Source: Ructibacterium sp. (GTDB lineage: Bacteria; Bacillota; Clostridia; Monoglobales; Monoglobaceae). From it: DNA of 33,276 nucleotides. A program made the position numbers and the translations under genes. Below, piece after piece: positions 19,540 to 26,971 of this stretch. Position 1 is the first letter of the stretch. Each line of letters starts with the position of its first letter. The stretch spans positions 1 through 33,276 of the forward strand of contig JAZPYU010000165.1 in the NCBI GenBank assembly GCA_045544295.1. The letters are read 5' to 3'. The notes beneath the pieces were generated by a model. It ran no database searches and was not told the DNA's origin. It saw only the letters and a program-made list of their open reading frames with translations.

Positions 19540-19717
19540 GCGATATAAATTCCTTACGGAATTTGCGATATACCTTGCGGTGCGATATATCCTGACGGAT
19601 GCGATATGTCCCTTCGGGACGAGAAAAAGGAATTTATATCATATCGCAACCGAATAAAATGAGGTTATATCGCATTTGAGAAACAAATATATCGCACGAA
19701 CGAAGTGAGTATATCGC
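19540..19717. repeat. Structured GCGATAT x4 / ATATCGC x4 repeat element
   Basis: GCGATAT at 19540, 19565, 19582 and 19601; ATATCGC at 19641, 19667, 19689 and 19711; the spacers are hairpins. Confidence 0.9.
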
Positions 19718-19722
19718 CAAAA

Positions 19723-19756
19723 AGTTGGCATCTAAATTGTGCACGAATTCTATAAT
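19723..19756 (+). repeat. 34-bp direct repeat, copy A
   Basis: AGTTGGCATCTAAATTGTGCACGAATTCTATAAT; 28/34 identical to 22341-22374 by hand alignment. Confidence 0.8.
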
Positions 19757-19774
19757 AAAATCGCCTTACGACTT

Positions 19775-19824
19775 GTAGGGGATATTCACGAATGTCCAGC
19801 GGGCGGTTCGTGACCCGCCCCTAC
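19775..19824. repeat. Inverted REP doublet (REPIN-like)
   Basis: GTAGGGGATATTCACGAATGTCC on + facing GTAGGGGCGGGTCACGAACCGCCCG on -. Confidence 0.8.
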
Positions 19825-20010
19825 GATGTACTTTGCACGCTAAAAACGAATTTAATTTAGCTAATCCAAAGGAGTTATTGAACTATGGAGCGTAGTGAAA
19901 CATTCTAAAGGCTCGACTGCAAGGTATCAAGAAGTCTGTGATATAAATAAATTTTTTATACATAAACACGAAAAAATAAAATCAATATATAAAAACAGGG
20001 TGGTACGAAA

Positions 20011-21141
20011 ATGGGTAACAGTATTAACTATTCATACGAAAAACTTAAAAAATTCTGCATAGATGCATTTGAGAAGTTCGGCTTTTCAAAAGAGGAAAGC
20101 GACATTATCACAGATGTGCTTCTGACTAGCGACTTATATGGTATCGAATCCCACGGAATGCAGAGACTTGTTCGTTATCATAAGGGAATTGAAAAAGGTC
20201 TTATTAAGGTAGATGCAAAGCCGGAGATTGTGTTTGAGACTCCTGTATCAGCAGTTATTGAGGGTAATGACGGCATGGGTCAGCTTTTGGGATACAAAGC
20301 TATGAATATAGCTATCGAAAAGGCTAAGCAGACCGGTATGGCGATTGTTACGGTGAGAAATTCAAATCACTATGGTATTGCCGGATACTATGCCAAAATG
20401 GCATGTAAAGAAGGACTTATCGGTATGTCTATGACAAACTCCGAAGCGATCATGGTCCCGACCTTTGGCAGAAAAGCTATGTTGGGAAGCAACCCAATCG
20501 CAATCGCTATGCCGGCAGAGCCTTACGATTTCTTCTTTGATGCATCAACAACCGTTGTAACACGTGGTAAATTGGAAATCTATAATAAATTGGGAAAACC
20601 GCTTCCTGAAGGCTGGGCCCTGGGCGCTAACGGAAAAGGGAGCTCGGATGCGGCAGACGTACTTAAAAATATAGTTGCAAAAGCAGGCGGCGGAATTGTA
20701 CCGCTTGGCGGTGAAATTGAACAAAGCGGAAGCCACAAGGGCTACGGGTACGGTATGTTCTGCGAAATTTTTACATCTATCCTGTCAATGGGTATTACAT
20801 CAAATCATACACATATCGGCGGCAAGGGTGGCACCTGTCATGGGTTTATCGCTATCAATCCTGCAGTATTTGGTGATGCAGATGAAATTCGTGAGCACCT
20901 TTCAACGCTTCTTTGTGAACTTCGTGAATCACCAAAAGCTGAGGGACAGGAACGCATCTATACTCACGGCGAAAAGGAAGTGTTTGCATATAAGGACAGA
21001 ATGGAGAACGGAATTGATGTAAATATCAATACTGTTGCAGAAATGGTTGACCTTTGCAAATATCTTGAGATGGACGTTTGCGAATATCTTGGTGAAGAAG
21101 CAGAAAAACTTACACTTACACAGAGTACATACGATATGTGA
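20011..21141 (+). CDS. Ldh_2-family (malate/L-lactate/sulfolactate-type) oxidoreductase
   Basis: SDLYGIESHG..RL, RNSNHYG.AGYY, GSNPIAIAMP, HKGYGYG. Confidence 0.9.
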   Translation: MGNSINYSYEKLKKFCIDAFEKFGFSKEESDIITDVLLTSDLYGIESHGMQRLVRYHKGIEKGLIKVDAKPEIVFETPVSAVIEGNDGMGQLLGYKAMNIAIEKAKQTGMAIVTVRNSNHYGIAGYYAKMACKEGLIGMSMTNSEAIMVPTFGRKAMLGSNPIAIAMPAEPYDFFFDASTTVVTRGKLEIYNKLGKPLPEGWALGANGKGSSDAADVLKNIVAKAGGGIVPLGGEIEQSGSHKGYGYGMFCEIFTSILSMGITSNHTHIGGKGGTCHGFIAINPAVFGDADEIREHLSTLLCELRESPKAEGQERIYTHGEKEVFAYKDRMENGIDVNINTVAEMVDLCKYLEMDVCEYLGEEAEKLTLTQSTYDM

Positions 21142-21155
21142 CAGGAGGAATAACA

Positions 21156-22328
21156 GTGGATATTAAAAAAGAAGCGCTAAAAAAACATGAGGAATGGCAA
21201 GGGAAAATTGAGGTTATATCAAGAGCCTCTGTTAAAAGCAGAGAACAGTTATCTCTTGCATATACCCCGGGTGTTGCGGAGCCTTGTCTTGTCATTCAAA
21301 AGGATATAAATAAATCCTATGAATTGACTCGCAGACATAACTTAGTTGCTGTTATAACCGATGGTTCTGCAGTTTTAGGGCTTGGCGACATTGGCCCTGA
21401 GGCGGGTATGCCGGTTATGGAGGGGAAGTGTGCATTATTTAAGGAATTTGCAGATGTTGATGCATTCCCCTTGTGTATAAAGACTCAGGATGTTGACGAA
21501 CTTGTAAGAACGATTTATCTGCTCTCTGGGTCATTTGGCGGAATCAATCTTGAGGATATTGCGGCACCGAGATGTTTTGAAGTCGAAAAACGTTTGAGAG
21601 AAATCTGTGACATTCCGGTATTCCACGACGACCAGCACGGAACGGCAATTGTTGTTGCGGCTGCCATGATTAACGCATTAAAGGTTGTTAAGAAAAATAT
21701 CGAAGATATTAAAGTCGTTATCAATGGAGCAGGAAGTGCCGGAACTGCAATCGGTATGCATCTTATGAAGATTGGTGTTAAAAATCTTATTATGGTTGAC
21801 AGGTTTGGTATCATTTGTGAAGGTATGGATGGTTTGACTGATGCCCACAAGGAACTTTCAAAGATTACAAACCGCAAAAAGTTACAGGGAAGTCTCTCTG
21901 ATGCAATGAAAGGTGCAGACGTGTTCATTGGAGTTTCTGCACCCAATATTGTCTCTGCTGATATGGTAAGCACAATGAACGAAGGCGCTATAATTTTTGC
22001 TATGGCAAACCCTGTTCCGGAAATTCTTCCGGATGTTGCGAAAGAGGGAGGGGCGGTAGTTGTCGGAACAGGTCGTTCAGATTACCCTAATCAGATTAAC
22101 AATGTGGTTGCATTCCCGGGGATTTTCAGAGGTGCTTTGGACGTTCGTGCAAGTGACATCAATGACGAAATGAAACTGGCAGCATCTTATGCTATTGCAG
22201 GACTTGTTTCAGATGAGGAACTCAACGCAGATTACATATTACCAATGGCTTTCGATGAGAGAATTGGTAAGACCGTAGCGGCTGCCGTTGCAGATGCAGC
22301 AAGAAAGAGCGGTGTTGCAAGAATATAA
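21156..22328 (+). CDS. NAD(P)-dependent malic enzyme (MaeB N-terminal/YtsJ type)
   Basis: AYTPGVA, TDGSAVLGLGDIG, PVMEGK, GINLEDI, HDDQHGT, GAGSAG, GRSDYPNQINN; GTG 21156 after GGAGG. Confidence 0.95.
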   Translation: MDIKKEALKKHEEWQGKIEVISRASVKSREQLSLAYTPGVAEPCLVIQKDINKSYELTRRHNLVAVITDGSAVLGLGDIGPEAGMPVMEGKCALFKEFADVDAFPLCIKTQDVDELVRTIYLLSGSFGGINLEDIAAPRCFEVEKRLREICDIPVFHDDQHGTAIVVAAAMINALKVVKKNIEDIKVVINGAGSAGTAIGMHLMKIGVKNLIMVDRFGIICEGMDGLTDAHKELSKITNRKKLQGSLSDAMKGADVFIGVSAPNIVSADMVSTMNEGAIIFAMANPVPEILPDVAKEGGAVVVGTGRSDYPNQINNVVAFPGIFRGALDVRASDINDEMKLAASYAIAGLVSDEELNADYILPMAFDERIGKTVAAAVADAARKSGVARI

Positions 22329-22340
22329 AAACAAAAAATC

Positions 22341-22374
22341 AGTTGTTATCTAAAATGTACACGGATTTTATAAT
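22341..22374 (+). repeat. 34-bp direct repeat, copy B
   Basis: AGTTGTTATCTAAAATGTACACGGATTTTATAAT. Confidence 0.8.
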
Positions 22375-22553
22375 GAGTTTGCAAAGCAAACCCAGTGAAT
22401 TGCACCCATAGGTGTATGATATAGGCAATTCCATTCATATTGCGACAGCACCAGATCATAGCGGTACGCCAATTTATGGCAGAGGTGTTATCCATTCATT
22501 TTTTGACCTTATTTGATAGGAGCATAGTGTGGATGTCAAAAAGGAGAAATATT

Positions 22554-23057
22554 ATGAACAGAGAAAAATTCAAGTATAGCGTGGTATTTTTAATAGCGTT
22601 TCTCTTCATACCTATTTGTGCAAGTGCTAACATGGTTTGGCCATCTTTATATATTGCAGAAGGTATGAGAAGTTGGTATGTTATATTGATTGGTCTTGTC
22701 ATAGAGGTAGTATTTGTGAAGTGTTGTATCAAAGCAACCTATCCGAAATCAGTTTTGATTGCATTTGTTATGAATTTAGTGTCTACGGTTTTAGGGGTTG
22801 TTGCAATACCGCTGAGTGGTCTTATAGGCGAAGTTTTTATGATTCCTTTTGGCACAGGAACATTTCATCCTACCCATTGGTTGATGAGTTATGTGTTTGC
22901 TATACTTTCCAATGTACTTATTGAGGGACTAACTGTAAAACTTATTTTTAAATATCGATTTAAGAAAATGTTTTGGTGGCTTTGTGCAGTTAATGCAATT
23001 AGCATTATCGTTTGCATTTTATTTCACGGAATCGCAATGCAAAATATAAAGATTTAG
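22554..23057 (+). CDS. Hypothetical multi-TM membrane protein
   Basis: ATG 22554 after AAGGAG; about 5 hydrophobic segments; internal repeat pattern (IE...K...A..N..S) twice. Confidence 0.7.
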   Translation: MNREKFKYSVVFLIAFLFIPICASANMVWPSLYIAEGMRSWYVILIGLVIEVVFVKCCIKATYPKSVLIAFVMNLVSTVLGVVAIPLSGLIGEVFMIPFGTGTFHPTHWLMSYVFAILSNVLIEGLTVKLIFKYRFKKMFWWLCAVNAISIIVCILFHGIAMQNIKI

Positions 23058-23097
23058 TTGTTAAGTATAAAAATCAATATGAGAGAGTGTGTTTGTT

Positions 23098-24060
23098 ATG
23101 GCATTGGTGGATATGTCCATAGAAAAATTGTATGAATATCAGGGGAGTTCTCCTTGCCCCAAGGACTTTGACGAGTATTGGGAAACCGCCCTTTTAGAAG
23201 TGAGAAACTTAGACCCGAAAGCAGAGTTTATCAAAAAAGATTTTCCGTCTAAAATTGCGGATATGTACGACCTTTATTTTACCGGCACCAAAGGTGCCAG
23301 AATTCATGCCCGGATGGCGGTACCCAAGCAGATAGAAGGCAAAGCACCTGCAACCCTGCTTTTCCATGGTCTGGGTGGTTATTGCGGTGATTGGTGCGGA
23401 GCCCTTCTCCGTCAGGCGTCTCAGGGGCATGTGGCTGTGGCGATGGATGTTCGTGGTCAGGGCGGCCTTTCCGAAGATGCTGGTGGTGTGGGCGGTAACA
23501 CCCAAATGAGCCCGTTTATGAGAGGTATTGACGGAGATAAGCACGACCTTTTGATGCGGGACGTGTACTTAGATACCGTGCAACTTGCTAAAATTGTCAT
23601 GGGCATTGACTATGTAGACGAAACCCGTGTGGCAAGTGCCGGCGGTTCTCAGGGGGGATGCCTGAGTATTATCTGTGCTTGTCTGGTACCGGAAATTAAA
23701 AAATGTGCAGCGTCCTATCCATACCTTTCTGACTTTAAACGAGTGATGAATATGGATTTAAATATCAACGCCTATGATGGATTAAAGCAGTATTTCCGGA
23801 ACTATGACCCCACCCACGCAAGGGAAGATGCCATTTTTGAGCGGTTGGGTTATATTGATATTCAGAACTTTGCCAAGTGGATGCGAGGGGAACTTTTGAT
23901 GTTCACCGGAATGATGGACAATATCTGCCCGCCCTCTACCCAGTTTGCAATGTATAACAAGGTGACGTCTAAAAAGAATGTAATCTTTTATCCGGAGTTC
24001 GGCCACGAAGCACTTCGGGGTGCAGAAGATACTGTCTTTACCTTTTTAAGCGATTTATAA
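23098..24060 (+). CDS. CE7 acetylxylan esterase / cephalosporin-C deacetylase
   Basis: P.DFDEYW, FHG, RGQ, GGSQGG nucleophile elbow, D.ICPPSTQFA.YN, GHE. Confidence 0.92.
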   Translation: MALVDMSIEKLYEYQGSSPCPKDFDEYWETALLEVRNLDPKAEFIKKDFPSKIADMYDLYFTGTKGARIHARMAVPKQIEGKAPATLLFHGLGGYCGDWCGALLRQASQGHVAVAMDVRGQGGLSEDAGGVGGNTQMSPFMRGIDGDKHDLLMRDVYLDTVQLAKIVMGIDYVDETRVASAGGSQGGCLSIICACLVPEIKKCAASYPYLSDFKRVMNMDLNINAYDGLKQYFRNYDPTHAREDAIFERLGYIDIQNFAKWMRGELLMFTGMMDNICPPSTQFAMYNKVTSKKNVIFYPEFGHEALRGAEDTVFTFLSDL

Positions 24061-24138
24061 GATAAAAGTTCCAAAGCCTTTCGTATAGTTTTGGGTTTCA
24101 GGTAAAAACTAAAACCATCTGATACGGGAGGTTTTTTT

Positions 24139-25545
24139 ATGGAACAACAAGAAAAAAAGAAAATACTTTGGTACACCTTAGCGTTGATGGCGTTTGCCAC
24201 AGTCTGGGGGTTTGGAAATGTCATCAACGGCTTTGCGGTCTATGGCGGTCTTCGGTCCATTGTACCATGGGTGTTGGTGTTTGTGTTGTACTTTTTGCCC
24301 TATGCCTTGATGGTGGGGGAGTTAGGCTCTGCCTTTCCAAAGGCAGAGGGAGGCGTCAGCGCCTGGATTGGGGAAACCATGGGTGCCCGTATGGCTTTTT
24401 ATGCCGGTTGGACCTACTGGATTGTCCATATGCCCTATATCTCCCAAAAACCAACTGCGACACTCATTGCCGCAGGTTGGGCACTGTTTGGAGATGGCAG
24501 AGTCAGTCAAATCGATCCGGTCTATTTGCAATTAGGTAGTTTGGTGATTTTCTTGGGTGCGCTTTTTCTGGCAAGCCGTGGCGTTTTTTGGATTAAGCGG
24601 ATTGCTTCTGTGGCAGGAACGTCCATGTTTTTACTGTCTTTGTTATTTATTCTTTTGATGATTGCGGCACCCACGTTGACCAATCATCCGGATCTTGCCA
24701 ATATCTCCTTTTCAGCGGCAGACTTTCGTCCCGCTTTTGGTATAGATTTTTGGATGAATTTGTCTATCCTGATTTTAGCGGTAGGGGGATGCGAGAAGAT
24801 TTCCCCTTATGTCAATCAAATGAAAGACCCAAGTAAAGGGTTCCCTCGGGGAATGATTGCCCTCGCTGTCATGGTAATGATTTGTGCCATTTTAGGGACC
24901 ATTGCCTTGGGAATGTTGGTGGATTCTACGGCAATTCCTGATGATTTTATGACCAATGGCGCCTATTTTGCCTTTCAGAAAGCCGGAGAATTTTATGGAC
25001 TTGGCAATACGCTGATGATTATTTATGCGGCGGCATTTTTTATTGGGCAGATTGCGGTGATTGTCCTCTCGGTGGATGCACCGCTAAGGATGTTATTGGA
25101 TACCGGAGACCCCAAATATATTCCACCTGCCTTATTAAAGAAAAACCGTTATGGCAGTTACCAAAACGGATACCTTTTGATTGGGGTATTGGTTAGTATC
25201 TTGATTTTATTGCCGGCGTTTGGCATCGGCAGTGTGAATGAGTTGGTGCGGTACCTCATCCGCTTAAATGCCATTTGTATGCCACTGAGATATCTTTGGG
25301 TTTTTGCCGCCTATATCGGGATGCGGAAAGCCAAGGAGCCATATCATCCCGCATACCGGTTTGTGAAAAACCGGCATCTTGGAATGGCGATAGGTATCTG
25401 GTGTTTTGGATTGACCGCCTTTTCCTGCGGGAGCGGGATTTTTAATGCGGAAACGGGATTTCAACTAATGATGAATATTTTAACTCCTTTTCTCCTATTG
25501 GGATTGGGTGTGATTCTGCCTTTCCTTGCCGGTGGCAGAAAATAG
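24139..25545 (+). CDS. APC-superfamily amino acid permease (YjeM/GadC-like)
   Basis: About 12 TM segments; VWGFGNV, PYALMVGELGS, EGGVSAW, GGCE. Confidence 0.88.
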   Translation: MEQQEKKKILWYTLALMAFATVWGFGNVINGFAVYGGLRSIVPWVLVFVLYFLPYALMVGELGSAFPKAEGGVSAWIGETMGARMAFYAGWTYWIVHMPYISQKPTATLIAAGWALFGDGRVSQIDPVYLQLGSLVIFLGALFLASRGVFWIKRIASVAGTSMFLLSLLFILLMIAAPTLTNHPDLANISFSAADFRPAFGIDFWMNLSILILAVGGCEKISPYVNQMKDPSKGFPRGMIALAVMVMICAILGTIALGMLVDSTAIPDDFMTNGAYFAFQKAGEFYGLGNTLMIIYAAAFFIGQIAVIVLSVDAPLRMLLDTGDPKYIPPALLKKNRYGSYQNGYLLIGVLVSILILLPAFGIGSVNELVRYLIRLNAICMPLRYLWVFAAYIGMRKAKEPYHPAYRFVKNRHLGMAIGIWCFGLTAFSCGSGIFNAETGFQLMMNILTPFLLLGLGVILPFLAGGRK

Positions 25546-25559
25546 AAAGGAGCATTTAA

Positions 25560-26867
25560 GTGGAAAACGTGAACGAAAAATTATTGGATTTTATCCGCCG
25601 TTGTCCCAGTAGTTTTCATACGGTGCAGACGGTGGCAGAACGGTTGGAGGAGGAAGGATATTGTCCTTTGCAAGAATGTAGCACCTGGGAACTGGTTCCC
25701 GGTGGGAAGTATTATCTTACCCGTAACCGTTCCTCCCTTCTTGCCTTTCGGGTACCCCAAGGAAAGATGCAGGGCGTTTTGCTCACTGCCAGCCATGGGG
25801 AGTCTCCGGCGTTTAAAGTAAAGCCGGATCCGGAAATGGCGGTGGAGTCTGCTTATCTGAAACTCAATACAGAGAAATACGGCGGAATGCTCTATACCAG
25901 TTGGCTGGACCGCCCTTTGTCGGTGGCGGGCCGGATTGTGGTAAAAACAAAAGACGGTATCGAAACCCGTCTTGTTAATGTAGATAGGGATTTGTTGGTC
26001 ATTCCAAACCTTGCCATTCATATGAACCGCAGTGCCAATGAGGGGCTTAATCTCAATCCCCAAAAAGATTTGCTCCCCTTGTTTTCGGATGAAACAGAGA
26101 AAGGTGGTTTTTGGGAACTGATTGCTAAAACTGCCGGCATTACCAAAGAGGATATTTTAGGTAGCGACCTGTTTGTGTACTGTCGCTCCCAAGGAACTAT
26201 CTGGGGTAAGAACGGGGAATTTATCTCCTCTCCCAGACTGGATGACTTACAATGCGTTTATGGAACCTTAGAGGGATTTCTCCGGGCAGAGGAAAAACAA
26301 TCTATGCCGGTGTATTGTGTCTTTGATAATGAGGAAGTGGGTTCCGGAACCAAGCAAGGTGCCCAGTCTACCTTTTTGCCGGATACCTTGCGCAGAATCT
26401 GTATGGCGCTTTCCATAGATGAAGAAAAGTACCTGCAAATGCTTTCCTCCAGTTTTATGCTCTCTGCTGATAATGGCCACGGCCTGCATCCAAACTATCC
26501 GGAAAAGACAGACCCTACAAACAGACCCAAACTGGGCGGTGGTATTTTACTGAAATATAACGCCAACCAAAACTACACCACCGATGGCGTTTCGGAGGCG
26601 GTGGTGGTTGCCATTTGCGAAAAGGCGGGGGTTCCGGTACAAAAATATGTAAATCCCAGCGATGTTCCCGGCGGTTCTACCTTAGGAAATCTTTCTGCCC
26701 GGAAAGTATCCATCAACACGGCCGATATTGGGCTTGCACAACTTTCCATGCATTCTGCGTGGGAGACGGCAAGTAGCAAAGATACCACGTATCTGATAGA
26801 GGCAATCCGCGCTTTTTACAGCACGGATTTGGTGGCAAAAACGGACGGTAGCCTGTCCTTTCTATGA
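25560..26867 (+). CDS. M18-family (aspartyl) aminopeptidase
   Basis: YGG....WLDRPLS.AGR, PNLAIH, RLDD, FDNEEVGS, SADNGH..HPNY, GGSTLG, SMHS. Confidence 0.93.
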   Translation: MENVNEKLLDFIRRCPSSFHTVQTVAERLEEEGYCPLQECSTWELVPGGKYYLTRNRSSLLAFRVPQGKMQGVLLTASHGESPAFKVKPDPEMAVESAYLKLNTEKYGGMLYTSWLDRPLSVAGRIVVKTKDGIETRLVNVDRDLLVIPNLAIHMNRSANEGLNLNPQKDLLPLFSDETEKGGFWELIAKTAGITKEDILGSDLFVYCRSQGTIWGKNGEFISSPRLDDLQCVYGTLEGFLRAEEKQSMPVYCVFDNEEVGSGTKQGAQSTFLPDTLRRICMALSIDEEKYLQMLSSSFMLSADNGHGLHPNYPEKTDPTNRPKLGGGILLKYNANQNYTTDGVSEAVVVAICEKAGVPVQKYVNPSDVPGGSTLGNLSARKVSINTADIGLAQLSMHSAWETASSKDTTYLIEAIRAFYSTDLVAKTDGSLSFL

Positions 26868-26895
26868 ACATTTTATTAAAAAATGATTGCAAAAG

Positions 26896-26924
26896 TTGAA
26901 AAGAAACTTTTTTTGTGATATACT
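26896..26924 (+). promoter_or_regulatory. Sigma-A promoter
   Basis: TTGAAA-17 bp-TATACT with extended TG. Confidence 0.65.
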
Positions 26925-26971
26925 GTCTTTGTAGTGGTCTGTGTTCGTGCAGAAAAGTTGAGGTGATTTTT

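Noticed and set aside
19540-19717. CRISPR array or iteron origin
   Set aside because: The repeats are only 7 nt, switch orientation midway and have self-complementary spacers of 10-19 nt; no cas or rep gene is nearby
19723-19756. dif/Xer site or canonical sigma-A promoter
   Set aside because: Resemblance to the Firmicute dif XerD arm is weak, and the TTG-to-TATAAT spacing is 20 bp rather than 16-18; kept only as an unexplained repeat
19885-19908. Mini ORF MERSETF with an upstream GGAG
   Set aside because: Seven codons, long RBS spacing and no recognisable leader peptide features
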